The position numbers and the translations under genes were made by a program. DNA of 64,000 nt, taken from contig JALDZS010000004.1 in the NCBI GenBank assembly GCA_022813965.1, positions 186,001-250,000 on the forward strand. Reading direction: 5' to 3'. Under the pieces are notes generated by a model. It was not told the origin of the DNA. It ran no database searches and worked only from the letters and a program-made list of their open reading frames with translations. This document shows, one piece after another, positions 1-13,471 of the stretch (its first letter is position 1; the number at the start of each line of letters is the position of its first letter). The DNA comes from Toensbergia leucococca. Its lineage: Eukaryota.

Positions 1-1764
1 ACAACTCCTTACTATTTCGGTGTTCTCCTTTACATGGGTGGATTGGTGATGACGCTCCACATCATGATACCGTTTTGGTTTTTTGTTTATTCTGTTCGAA
101 TCAATTTTCAATGTGTTTTCATGATATACTCACATTGATGTACGCTTCAAAGGTGGCCATATATTAAGAATAAAAATCAGTACCCTTGCCAGCTAAGTTG
201 AAGAAATAACTTCGAGGGTGATTTGAGAGATTGCTGTGTCGTTGCCGAGGGTTTTCACGGCACCCACGGTGCCTCAGGACATGGATGATGTTTTGGCGCA
301 AAAAGACGGAAAATTTCCATGGCACTGAGAGGAAAAACCCTCCGCCCACTCATTGTACTTAACTGTACTGTACGAGTATCCGTACTCGCAGAAATCGATT
401 CTTCTCGCCCACATCGGCACTCATACCTGACACTTGAAACCTCTATTCTTCATTTGATGATCCCTATTATTCAAGACTTACCCTGCTTTCTGGCCTATCT
501 CCGCCCATTCCGTCCAAAATCTTTCCGTTCTTACCTAGTTGCCGATTTGAAGTAGGTATGCTGAGGACGTCACGTAATTGAATCATGAAATAGGCACAGA
601 TACATAAGGTATTAGAACAGGAGTTTTAAGAGTATTGTTCAATCACGGTTTATTCCCCGAAGAAAAGTAACATAAGCCCAGAAACATCCAGTTCGGGGTA
701 GGATCACGGGCTCGAAGTGATTACATGGTCCAATCGTAGATTAACGAGACGATAATTGATAGATCAGAGTACGGAGTACCTATTCAAGATATCAATGGCG
801 TTTTTGCGAGATACGGCGCAAACTCCGCTATCGAAGCCATATCCGCTTCTGAGAAGCTGGAAGCTACCGATAACTTACCTAGGCATCTCTATCGAGACAA
901 CGCCACAGTATCCGAAAGGTTTAAGGATGGAAAGGCTTTGCGTGGGGGTGTCTGAATGAGCCGTATTGAGAAAAGGGGTTAACGAAAATAGCCATAAAAT
1001 CTGCATATGTCGATCATGATCCTGGGTGTCGATGAAAATGTGGTTAGCGTATCTTGGCGAAGGTCTTGCTTCATGGTCCCTAAGACATATCGGGACATTG
1101 AATAGAATGAATTGGCTTGCGTCTATTGAGAGAAGATCAACTTTTAATTTCACCTCAGTGAAAAAGGGCACGTTTTTCCATATGAAACCAATCATGTGGC
1201 ATTTCGGAAAGCCGTCAATATTATCGGCCCGGCTTGTTCTCGATACCCTGTAGGCTAAAATATGGCAATTGGCAATTAGAGGGTGCCGTGCACGGACTGG
1301 ACCCTCAACAGCTGAAAGGTGAAAAGTGAAAGCTGAGCATAAACACTGTCAGACACCTCGACGCTATTCCTTCATCCTCAATCCTTCTCTTCGTGCACAT
1401 ATCCCACTTGCAACTGAGCCATTCTTCTTCCCTGCCTCCGTTCACTTGCCAATTCCTGAGGCTTTGGATTGCTACAAGCTTGATTGCACACCAGATCGTA
1501 AGATAACCTCTTTCCCCTCTTTCCCAGACCTCGCACAAACTCTGTCAAACTCGACACATGGATCGGCCTCTCAAGGCATGCTCTGGAATTGATTTGATGC
1601 TCATGCAGTTTGCCGTGTCCGAGTCGTCACATGTACACGTCCCTCAATTGAGCAAGTAAACGTGTACTTAAATTTCACAAATTCACATACCTTCTCGAAT
1701 GTTGTAGCTAATGTTCAATTGGAGTACAGCCTCCTAATTCCGAACATCAGCATCCTCTATCACT

Positions 1765-3977
1765 ATGGCATCGGCAATACGCAGTCTACCAGGACACCTC
1801 AAGTCCTCAGCTCTGAGTAATGGGGATGCAGAAGGTGCCTTCCAACGCAAGCATCATGGAAAGTCACAATCGCACGTGGTAAGTCACAGATCAGTTTATC
1901 TTTCTAGGCCTACGAAACTGGTCGGATGCCAGAAAAAGGCCAATCGTGATCCAAGGACCTGGCGAGCAATGGTACAAGCTTGACACCACCAAGTACGCTG
2001 TATGCACTTTGAAGCTGCCTTCAGTTTCATGATGTGTTCAGTGAGTTTGGTGTTGATGCCACGATTTCTCAAGAACGCGGCTTCCTTTTCCAACAAAGGA
2101 TTCGATCCTGTGGCTTCTTCATTCGGTGCATTTCTCTAATCTGGAATTCTCTATCATTCACCTGCCGCATCTGAGTCACTAGGTGTTGAAAGGCACCATT
2201 TTGTGATGATCTACCAACACACCACCTTCATCTCTTCCTCTAATCCTACGATCTCCAGCCCAATTCCGAAAGAGCCAAGACTTTAGCACATTCTCCTACT
2301 TTTCCAAGTCGTCTGTTTCCTATTCGAGTTGTCTCTACCCTATTCAAGATCGTCGCTATGAATTTCTTGAGCAACGGTTCTCTTACTTCGAAATTGTTTC
2401 CCGATGATATCATGTCCATGAAACCGTCTACGTCGTCGCAGCAAGCTACTGCCTCGGGATGTCTTGCAAATTATACGAATACAGAGCTAACGAGATCTCG
2501 TTCGAATTCAAAGGCTTTCGAAAATACTTCCACTTCCGTCGCAGCCAGCCAGATGCGCAACGCACTGAACAATCTTGCGGATACAGTCGAAGATCCGGAT
2601 GAGAAGGAGCGTTTTGAGACAGAAATGGACAACTTTTTTGGACTTTTCCGTCGCTACCTAAACGACAAAGCTAAAGGAAACGTCCTTTCTTGGGATCGTA
2701 TTGCTCCTCCTCAAGCCAACCAGGTCGTGGAGTACAATGATCTTGCCAACTCGGAGTCGGTTGAGTTTTTGAGCAAGCTTGCGGTCATCAAGCTTAACGG
2801 TGGTCTTGGTACTTCGATGGGCTGCGTTGGCCCTAAATCTGTCATCGAGGTCCGCGATGGCATGTCTTTCCTCGATCTCTCGGTTCGCCAGATCGAGTAC
2901 CTCAACCGTACATATAACGTTAACGTACCCTTCGTTTTGATGAACTCGTTCAACACCGACGAGGATACTCAAAATATCATCAAAAAGTACGAGGGCCACA
3001 ATATCGATATCTTGACTTTTAACCAATCTCGCTATCCTCGAATCCTGAAGGATTCCATGCTACCAGCCCCTAAATCGTCGAAGTCTCAAATCTCAGATTG
3101 GTACCCTCCTGGACACGGAGACGTATTTGAATCTCTTTACAACTCCGGTATTCTCGATAAATTAATCGAACGGGGCGTAGAGATTGTTTTCCTTTCCAAT
3201 GCCGATAATCTGGGCGCAGTTTGCGATCTACGTATCTTGCAGCACATGGTTGAATCCGAATCCGAGTACATTATGGAATTGACCGACAAGACAAAGGCCG
3301 ATGTGAAGGGTGGCACCATCATTGACTATGAGGGCTCTGTTCGTCTCCTTGAAATCGCCCAAGTACCCAAAGAGCACACCAATGAATTCAAGTCGATCAA
3401 AAAATTCAAATACTTCAACACCAACAACATCTGGCTCAACTTGAAGGCTATCAAACGTGTTGTTGAAAACAACGAGCTAGAGATGGAGATTATACCCAAC
3501 AACAAGTCTATCCCGGCCGACAAGAAAGGTGAATCCGATGTTTCGATTGTGCAGCTCGAGACCGCTGTTGGTGCCGCAATCCGTCACTTCAAAAATGCTC
3601 ATGGTGTCAACGTGCCCCGGAAGCGCTTCTTGCCCGTCAAGACATGCTCTGATCTTATGCTTGTTAAATCGGACTTGTATAGCTTGAAGCACGGCCAGCT
3701 CGTAATCGACCAGAACCGTTTTGGAGCGGCGCCGTTGATCAAATTAGGAACCGATTTCAAGAAGGTCAGCGACTTCCAGAAGCGTATTCCCAGCATCCCA
3801 AAGATTCTTGAGCTGGACCACTTAACCATTACTGGAGCTGTGAACCTGGGACGAGGGGTGATGTTGAAGGGGACTGTCATTATCGTTGCTACTGAGGGTA
3901 GCACCATCGACATCCCTCCTGGATCTATCCTTGAAAATGTGGTTGTGCAGGGCAGTTTGAGGTTACTGGAGCATTAG
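1765..3977 (+). CDS. UGP1: UTP--glucose-1-phosphate uridylyltransferase (UDP-glucose pyrophosphorylase); exons 1765-1878 and 2514-3977
   Basis: Motifs [25 protein letters not shown] and RFLPVK. Exon 1 ([13 protein letters not shown]...[11 protein letters not shown]) joins in frame to [19 protein letters not shown] via intron 1879-2513 (GTAAGT...GCTAAC...AAG). Confidence 0.96.
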
Positions 3978-5278
3978 TTACTCGTTACCTTTGCATGTAC
4001 TAGGGGTACGTTATCCATTGTAATGCGTGGTGCAGTAATTTGTCAGGGTAGTCGGCGTACAAACGTGTTGTTTGTATGCTAGCAAGTTAGGGACTTGTTG
4101 TGTGTATCTCTATAGAGAAGCTTTTTCCAGTTTGATTTCAAACTACTAATAAACTATCGTGTATTGAAGAAACAGAATTCCAGATATTGTAACAACCAAT
4201 AAATAGTTTTGCGCAACCCCTATCTTGCACATTGTTTCATGCAAAAATTCCTCAAATCGGCTTCAGATTCCTACTCCCCTTGATCCCAACAAGCATGGCG
4301 CCGAAAAGGCCGGGAGCTAATATCCATAGTCGCCGGCGGGTCCTCAGGCATATCACACAATTATAATTGAGAGAAGATGACACATTACGATGATACGGAA
4401 GTGGGAGACGTGGAACCAATTGACTCAATGCTAGGGCTGAGTTTACCGGCAACCTGGCACTGCCAAGTGCCAAGGTGGAAGGCACATGGTGGGCGGCGGG
4501 AAGGGGACTTGGCAAAAAGGCTTATCAGAGTCCGGCCCCGCGTAATGGTAATTTCCAACTGCAGGATGTGTCTAGCGCTTGCGGTGGCCGTTGCATTTAT
4601 GTTGATCATGGGCTGACGCGGCCCGGTCTTACAACAAGGCTGCACCGAGTTGGTTTTTAATATTCTTGTGGACAGGCTGGTAGAATAAGGAATGCGAGGC
4701 GCAGGCTGCTGAAGACACGCCGTATCTTGAGTCAAGTAGAATGAATAGATAGTTGTACTCTATGTGCGGATGGATCAGGGAGTGATATCATTATCTGGCG
4801 ATCCGCCTTTTCTTGTGAATAAGCATTTTCTGATCTCAGCCCCGGATACATACTCAACGAACGATCCCTGCTTCCACCTGAAGAGTTGCATAGTCACCGA
4901 GTTAGGATACATTACCTTGTTGCAGGCTTACCCAGGTACTTGGGGCCTGAAAGCTGCAAGTCTCGGGAGCATTCTTCCTTCTCCTGTGCGGCTTGATATC
5001 CGATTGTCTCCGGATTTTGAAGAAGGGTTAGCCGGCAAGTGGTAGGGGTTGAAGTGGTCTTCTAATTATTATTACGACAGCAATCCCGCATCTCTCCATC
5101 ATACTTACCTACTCCGCACATGGTGCGCACGCGACACTCTTGGCACATATCGAATACATTTTATATCAGCATTCAAACACCCTTTCCCTGCTGTCGTCTT
5201 TCTACTCCGTGGTTTGTGCGGCTGTGCAGTGATTGCCAGCTTACTATGTCATTGATGCGATAACCGCCGCCATTTTCA

Positions 5279-6657
5279 ATGCTTCCCGGCCTGACTTGCT
5301 GGCTATCGCTCGCCTTTCTCTTGCTTGGATCGTTACCCAACCAAGCACTGGTGAATGGGGATGCCGACTTTGAGAGTGTCAGGACCACGTTGAAGAAAGA
5401 TCATAGTGGAAAGGCCGGAGACCCGAAGGAGAAGTACTTTCGTAAGTTTGACTCCAATGACGCGGCCACGTCTCATCGCTAACAACCCAACGTAGACGAA
5501 TCGGTGTAAGTACCTGTGAAATTTTTATACTATATACTACACATCAAAATTAATATTCTGTGAAGCTTTCACCCGCACTATGATGGCCGGTGGGTAGAGC
5601 TCGCCTCTTGCCCTCCTTTGACGAGGCTGATGATTTTAATTTAGATTTGCCGACCATCAACTGTCTTACGATGAGCGGAGATCACATCTTACTGCGCTCA
5701 TGCAGTCCTACCTATCGACTATGGCAGATATCGGGGCTGAAACTTGGATAATGCATGGAACATTGATGGGCTGGTGGTGGAACCGCAAAGTCAGCTCCTG
5801 AAGCCATGCAGCAACAAGTTACCAGGATGCCTAACATTATCTAGATATTGCCATGGGATTCTGACGTCGATGTCCAGGTGTCAGAACCAACAATCAATTT
5901 CCTCGCAAAATACTACAACATGACGGTTTATCACTACCATCTACCGCACCTTGCCCAGGGAAGGGACTACTTGTTAGAAATCAACCCACGATACGTCATC
6001 GGCGGGCCAGAGGATCGCCTGAATATGATTGACGCAAGGTGGATTGACATGGAAACAGGGCTCTTCATCGATTTGACCACAATTAGGCCAAACCAGACAG
6101 CGAGAGCGGAGGGGGTCGAAGGTGCCTTAATGTGTAAAGACAGACATCATTATCTGGTAGGCGATACATCACCCACAGTGGCGAGACGTGCCTCGGGCCG
6201 CTAATGAATGGGGGAAACATAGGAGAGTGAAATATTTCCCTTGCGGGACAGTGTCTTCGAAGATATCCCAGTGAAGATTCCATATAACTATTTATGGGTA
6301 TTGGAAGAAGAATATGGCAAAAATTCCCTTACGCGAACTGAATACGAGCGGTAAGTCCTGTGTCACAGTCAAGATGGCGGAAATACTCATACTTTTTTGT
6401 AGACATCGGTTCAACAGAACCAGTATGGAATGGGTACCTTTAAGGCAAGAGCCCACCATTTCTTTAATCTGATATCCCTCCCATCTTTTTTTCTATCCTA
6501 GAACTGCCCGTCTCTCAAGTCTTTTACAACGAGCCTGATCCTAACGCATATACCCTTTGGCAGAGACCAACGACATCTGAGAAGACCTATTCCTGTTCGA
6601 CCTGGAGGTCGGTCAAGCAAATCCAGGAGACCCATAAGATTCAAGAACACGCCTTGA
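5279..6657 (+). CDS. LicD/MNN4-family mannosylphosphate transferase-like protein (multi-exon)
   Basis: The spliced reading gives an N-terminal hydrophobic segment, KYFHESVFHPHYDGRF, TWIMHGTLMGWWWN, ILPWDSDVDVQV, NMIDARWID..TGLFIDLT and CKDRHHY..IFPLRDS.FE. Introns at 5442-5495, 5506-5565, 5590-5644, 5790-5844, 6157-6222, 6351-6402 and probably GC-AG 6445-6563. The 3' end is less certain. Confidence 0.85.
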
Positions 6658-7354
6658 AGTATTTTGTGGATGTTTACTCCCGGAGTTTCTGTGCTTTAAC
6701 GTTAGCGTGTGCATCTTGAATGGCGTTTTAGCGAGGAATTTTGTTCCCTAGGGTTGGAACGGATCATGTGTTTATGGGATATCACAGAGCATTCGGTCGT
6801 TGATCGAGTTGGAGGAGTAGTCGAAACCCCTCGACTTGAAAGTAAGGTAGTACAAACTTCGCTACCAGCCAGGATTTTTCAGGGAATAGGTCTATTCCGA
6901 GTACTTTTGGGAGAAAAAGAATCTCTTGCAAATAGAAGTTTTCAGATTGGAGAAATGTGTTTATGAAGTATAATCATCATAATGTTGGCATGTTCTACTG
7001 TGGTGAAAAGACTGACGAGGACGAAGGCAGTTTTGATGTTTGTTGACATCAAATCAAGTCAAGTGACTTGACATGAAGCTATCTTTGCATTTTGTAGAAT
7101 TGGTGCGTATCTTGGCCTTTAGTAAGCACGGTAGGACATATGTAGGCAGAATATCGACACTGAGTCACAATAACTGATTTTTCTACCATCCTAGACGGTA
7201 CTGTTCCACTCGTCGCTGAAGGCCCCAAGTCAAGCAAACAATCAATAGGTACCTGCTTCTATGAGCAATAGTGGATACTACTCCACATATTGCATCTTAG
7301 CCCTGGAGATTAGCCTGCAGTGTAACATTTGTCTGGAATTCCAACGAACTTGCC

Positions 7355-9983
7355 ATGGACAGGCTATGGGCCAAGGACTTCTCCCTCTCTCCAGCCGAGT
7401 CGATGGGCCTAACGACGACCTCACAGTCTACTTTTAGCCATCCAGGCGCACAAGCAAATGGTCGTCATGAATCACCTACATCGCCTTCAAATAATGCTTC
7501 TTCAACCTCACATTTGAATCCGAAGTCATGTACTACATGTAGAAGGAGAAAAGTTCGATGCGACAAGAAAAGCCCATGTTCAAACTGTACCAAGGCTGGT
7601 AGCGAATGCATATTTCCCAGTCCTGGTAGAGCACCTCGGCGAAGTCGGAAACCACCGGATACCGAATTACTCGCAAGACTCAGGAGGCTCGAGGGTGTTG
7701 TGCAAAATTTGGGCATAGCTGTTGACGGCGAAAAGGTACCTGTGCCACCTGAACTAGAGAAGACCTCCTCGCATGGGTCAGACGGATGTGGGCGAAAGAG
7801 CTGGGACCAGAACGAAAGGCGTGGCAGTCTCAGTCAACGAAACTCCGAGGCGGATTCTGCAAAGATTGATGGCCTGGATAAGGAGTTTGGTCGATTAGTC
7901 GTGGAGGAGGGGAGAAGTCGATATGTCAGCCATAAGTTCTGGGCAAGCTTGAGTGATGAGGTGAGTCCGAGTAACGAATTTGTCATTATTGTCATGAGCC
8001 TTCCTGGGCCCCTACCTCTGACTAGCTAGAATTCTTACCTAGACGAGGCCTTATTCACTGCGAGTGATCCTCAAGGGTCATGTCTTGAAAATGGTTGAGG
8101 CTTGACCAGTGCTGGCGCAATTTACAAATATTTCCTTCGCAATGGTCGAATTCGAAAGAGCACATTGGGAAAGGCGGCTGACTTTATATGTACCGAAATA
8201 GGTTACAGAAATGCAAGATATCCTCGATGATGCTAGTGAGGAGGAAGTAGACTACCCTTCGCCAGATACAAATTCGACGGCATCGGCAAATCATCATGGA
8301 TTTATCTTTAGCTATAGCTCGACAATCTTGACACTTCGCGCACTTCATCCGCCATCGATAGCGGCGTATTGGGATATATACAAGGAAAATGTCGATCCCC
8401 TGATCAGGATCCTCCACAAGCCCACCTTCGAAAAGCAAATCCTGGAAGCATCTCGAGGCTTAGATCATGTCAGTAAGGCATTGGAAGCAGTGATGTTCGC
8501 AATTTACTTGGCCGTCATAACATCCATGTCCACGGAAGAATGCAGGACACGTCTATCTGAAGACAAAGAAGCTGCAATCAAGAAATACCGCTTTGGAGCC
8601 GAGCAGGCGCTAGCTCGAGCTGATTTTTTGATTACGCAAGACATAGTTGTCTTGCAAGCTTTTACTATTTTCCTGACCTGCGTACGTCGTTATGATGATA
8701 CACGGTTTGTATGGACACTTACAGGGCTTATTATTCGCATAGCACAAGCCATGGGTATGCAGCGTGACGGACAGAAGTTTGGGGTCGCACCCTTCGAGAC
8801 CGAGATGCGCCGCAGGATATGGTGGCAGATAACTACCCTTGATCACCGTGCTTCAGAGGATCATGGCACCGACCCTCTGATAGTCGAGCAGATTTTTGAT
8901 ACTCGACTACCCTTGAATATCAATGATAGGGACATTTATCCGGATATGAAAGAATATCCCGAAGAATACGAGGGCTGTACTGAAATGACATTTGATCTTA
9001 TTCGCTACGAAGTTGGCAATGCAATGCGTCGTCTCACGTACGTTCCACCTGGACCAAATACGTGCCAGACCTGGGATGCTCAAGCTACCGTGGAAGACAA
9101 GGAACGTATGATCGAAAGTCTCAAGCAGCATCTTGAGGACAAGTATCTCAAGCATTGTGATGCGAGTGTGCCTTTGTACTGGGTGACGGCGACAGTAGCA
9201 CGCCTCATCATTTCCAAGATGTACCTAATTGTACATCGTCCTTTTCGGCGAGGTGATGCAGGTGCAGGTCTACCTCAAGATACAAAAGATCGCCTCTTCC
9301 TTTCGTCCGTCGAAGTGATTGAGTTTTCCCAACTTCTAGAATCGGAGCAGGCTACCGTCAAATGGGGTTGGCTTTTCCGTACATATGTCCAATGGCACGC
9401 AGTAGCCTACGTGCTCTCAGAACTCTCTACCCGAACACAAGGGGCTGATGTCGAAAGGGCATGGAGGGTAATCGAGGGTGTGTTTGAAGAGTGGGACGGC
9501 ACTGTGCCTATCAATAAGAAAGGGATGCTTTGGAAGCCTTTGCGTCAACTGATGGCAAAAGCACGAGCAGCAAGAGCGAGGGAGATGGAAAGATCGGCAA
9601 GATTTCCTCTGGACGGCTCCTTGGGCCCAGTGCCTCCGTTAGCACATCCCACAATGCAGTCAATACCCATTCAAGATGCCCTCCTCGATTTTCAAGGCTT
9701 TGACTCATCTTTTCCGATTTCGGCCGAGACCCAGCCGGGGCTCGTGTCTGCTTCGGATGGCATGCAACCAATGCTACCGATGGATCCAATTCAATCGTAT
9801 GAAGGTGACGTCAATCAATGGGTGCAGAGTGACTCGGCTATCGCACAAGATCCGCTCATTGGAGATGAAAACATGAACTGGGCGGGCTGGGATGATATGG
9901 TCAAAGATTTCCAACTGGAAGTTCAGCATAATCAAGAGGTACAAAGGGGACCGGTTCTGGGATCAATGGCATCGTGGTGGTGA
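7355..9983 (+). CDS. Zn2Cys6 transcription factor with fungal-specific TF domain; exons 7355-7960 and 8202-9983
   Basis: CTTCRRRKVRCDKKSPCSNCTKAGSEC binuclear cluster; middle homology region (ENVDPLIRILHKPT, EMRRRIWWQI..LD). GTGAGT...GCTGAC...TAG intron keeps frame. Confidence 0.92.
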
Positions 9984-10443
9984 AATGATGAAACATGCTC
10001 TTGGCTTGGACTCTCAAGTCTTAAGACAGGATTTTTTGTAATTAAGATGATGGATGAGAAGTACTGACGAGGATGGGGCGTTGTTTGGTGATACCATGGG
10101 AGCGTTCAGGGAGGAGCATTCCACTCAGTGAATATGCAATAAGCAGTAGCTAGATTTGTACAAAGTTTTTGGATATTTCGAGCATGAATTAATGTTGGTG
10201 ACCAGCTTTAAAATATGTCTTTGACATGGGATCAAATGGAAGGCCCATTAGCAGTGATTGATTCAGGCATGTTTACATTGATCAGGATTCTCGCTCCTCG
10301 GCATCTTAGGAGTTAGGGCTTTAGAAGACTGCGCTAGCTACTTTCTTCGCTTAGCGCGTGGTCAACTTTGACAACTTTAACAACTTTCATCTCCGACGCT
10401 GCTCTTTACAACTTTGACGTTGACTTGCTTCGTAAACTACAAA

Positions 10444-12270
10444 ATGGATTTCAACTCCCTCAAGGACCAAGTCAGCAACTTGACATTGTATGATTTGAAA
10501 GCTGGGGTGCGAAAGGTCCAAAATGGTAAGCCTGCACAGACGGCATGCTCAAACCCAAGCTGACCATTATGTGTGTAGCTGTGATGAACTACACCGAAAT
10601 GGAATCAAAGGCATCACCGTTCAATTTCGACGCGACCATTCTCTTCACTAAATCTTCTATCTAGGTCCGTGAGGCAACGAATAATGAGCCGTGGGGGGCA
10701 TCGTCGACGATCATGCAGGACATCGCCAATGGCACCCACAGCTAGTCAGAAAGATTCTTACTTGACTGGCCAATCTTTACTGATGCAGCATCATAGTCAA
10801 TTGCTAAACGAGATCATGCCAATGATCTACAAGCGCTTCACCGAGAAGGCGGCCGAAGAATGGAGACAAATTTACAAGGTCTGCTGCCCCGAACCCTCGT
10901 TTTCTTTGCTCAATCCATTGACAAAATCTTAGGGTCTACAATTGCTTGAGTTTCTGATCAAAAACGGGTCTGAACGCGTCATTGACGATGCTCGATCTCA
11001 TCTCTCACTGCTCAAGATGCTACGCCAATTCCATTTCATTGACCAGAACGGCAAGGATCAGGGTGTCAATGTACGAAATCGATCAAAGGAATTGGTCGAG
11101 CTTCTAGGCGACGTCGACCGAATCCGAGGCGAACGAAAAAAAGCAAGAGCAAATCGAAACAAATTTGGGGGTGTGGAGGGAGGTACTATGGCCGGGGGCT
11201 TGTCATCTAGCAGTCGATACGGGGGGTTTGGCAGCGAAGATGCTGGTGGATATGGAGCTTATAGTGGTGGAGTCTATGGCGATGGTGGCGGGTATGGTGG
11301 AAACACTGGTGGATTCGACGACACAGGCGGCAGGAGAGACCGTTTCGAAGAATACGATGAGTACGACGAAGGAGCCGTAGCGTCTCCCGTACGACGGAAA
11401 GCAGAATCCTCCTTTCCAACGCCCGCGAAGCGAGAAGCGAAGAAGGCGGAGCCACCCAAGAAGAGAGAGCCAGAGGTTGACTTATTTGCATTTGGCGACG
11501 ATGATATACCACCAGAGACGCCACCCAAGGAGTTTGCTTCGAACGGCAAAAAAGCCATCTTAAGTCCGGTGGATAATTTCGGAACGCTCCAGACCGCCGA
11601 CGACGACGATTTCGACGACTTCCAATCCGCGACTCCAAGCACGCAAACATCTTCGAAACCCTCAATACCAACCCTTCCACCTCCACTCTCAAACACCTCC
11701 CTACCACCAAGCACCCAATACGCCGCCCCCAAACCCGTCTCCGCCTACCAAGGTACGAATATCAACGACCTCGTCGGCTTCAACTCCATCTCCCCTGCCC
11801 TAAGTACTACGACCGCCTCCCGCCCCCCCAGCACATTTACCTCTCCCCCCATAACAGCAGCCGCCCAACTTCAACCACGCCGCCCCTCCGGCTACCAAGC
11901 CGCTCAACCAAACTACTTCACCTCCGTCTCCGTTCCCCCTCCCGCCCCCTCTACCCAAGGCGCCAAACCCTCCCTCTCATCCACCCCTTCCTTCAGCAAC
12001 AACGCGCCCCCCAAATCCTCCTCCTCTTCAACCACCGACGCTTTCGGCTCGCTCTGGTCCACCGCCAGCGCAGGCGCGGGCATCAAAAAGACAAGCACGC
12101 CTTCCAACCAAGGCCCGAATCTAGCAAGCATGGCAAAAGATAAAACGAGTGCGAGCATCTGGGGCGCGAGTGCATCGTCACCGAGCTTGGGGACAGGGCA
12201 GGCGCAGGTGCAGAGGCCGACGGGGCAAATGCAGGGGAATGGTGGGGGATTGGACGATTTGCTAGGGTGA
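10444..12270 (+). CDS. ENT3: ENTH-domain epsin-like Golgi-endosome adaptor (Ent3 type)
   Basis: Spliced N-terminus MDFNSLKDQVSNLTLYDLKAGVRKVQNAVMNYTEMESKVREATNNEPWGAS...EEWRQIYK..LLEFLIKNGSER...GKDQGVNVRNR; acidic DDDFDDF motif; C-terminal DDLLG. Four short introns, starting at 10526, 10611, 10745 and 10879. Confidence 0.9.
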
Positions 12271-13471
12271 GGGGATGGATGGGTGGGTCTTTCGGGCTTT
12301 AGAGAAGGGAAGAGTGGAAGGTTGATTAGAGGGGCGAGCTGGGTGATTGTAGATGCTGGATTGGTGGGTTGGCTTTCTTTTGCTGCTGGTGGCTTTGGGG
12401 GTGGGTGTGGATACTATGGCGCTGGTTTGATTTAGAATGTAGGTTTTTTATTCAAAAGGAATTTTGCTTCGATTGGTGCCTTGTGACCCTTTTTCGGGCT
12501 CCTTTTGGAGAAATTTGGATGGTTGAATGTGATGTTTGATCTTGCTTTTGGGGGAACGGTGAGATGGTTGATTCTCTGAACACTATTCTTTCTCCGCTCT
12601 CCCCTTTTCTTCTTTTTCTTCTTTTTCTTCTTTTTCCTTTTTTCCCGCCCCCCAAGGTTTCTATTGATCAGGGGAGCGAGGTAAAAAACTGCAGAGATGG
12701 CGTATGTGGATCTGAAACAGACGTGGAAAAGAAACAAAGTTGGAGGAAAGGGGAAATGTGGTGAACTGTTTGGCGGGATTGTGGGGGAAGGAATATTACT
12801 GGGGTGGGAGGTTTGTGCGTAGGAGGGTATGGGGCTGTGGCGTGTTTGTCATTTGAGATGAGGGGGGGTTGTGCTGACGGGGTGGGGTTGAGGGTTTGGG
12901 GGAAGGGCTAGTAAGTGGAGCCTGGGGGGGGGGGATGTGGCAACAAGGGTTGAAATAAGGAAAATGAGGTTATTGATCGAGTTAAGTCGATTAAACGAAA
13001 AGGGTCATCTGTTTGGGGGCACTTTCCGTCTCTATGCATTGTGGGTTTTGGGGCCAAATGTGACAAGCAATAAGGCTTTTCTTTAAACCTTAGAGTGTTT
13101 CCCTTATTCAAAGGAAAGAAACGCTTGGTCTTTGCATGCTCCGCCCCTACTTTCTAAGACAAGCGCCCCCTGGATGCAACTAACATGAACGGTTTATGGG
13201 AGGGGAGGAAAAATGCGCGAGTTCGTGGCAGATGCGCCGTTCGTTAAGAAAAAGGTGAGAAAAGAGAAAAGATGCTAGAGGTACCAAAAGGACGAGAAAA
13301 ACGCCGTGGATTGAAAGGCTTTGGCTTTGAATTGTGCTGTGAGATTTTTTGGGACGAAACGACAGAAATGGGGTCGGGTATCATAGAAGCGAATGTGGAT
13401 GGCCTGGTGTGATGCACTGGAACTGGAAAAATGGGAAAATTTCATGAAAGCAACGCTGCCACCCTAGAACG

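Noticed and set aside
134..160. Possible first exon on - strand (MATFEAYIN followed by GTGAGT)
   Set aside because: Only nine codons, and the rest would lie beyond the window edge, so it cannot be supported or named.
5101..5110. ATACTTACCT, identical to the U1 snRNA 5' end
   Set aside because: No U1 stem-loops or Sm site follow. It is equally the reverse complement of an AGGTAAGTAT donor-like sequence.
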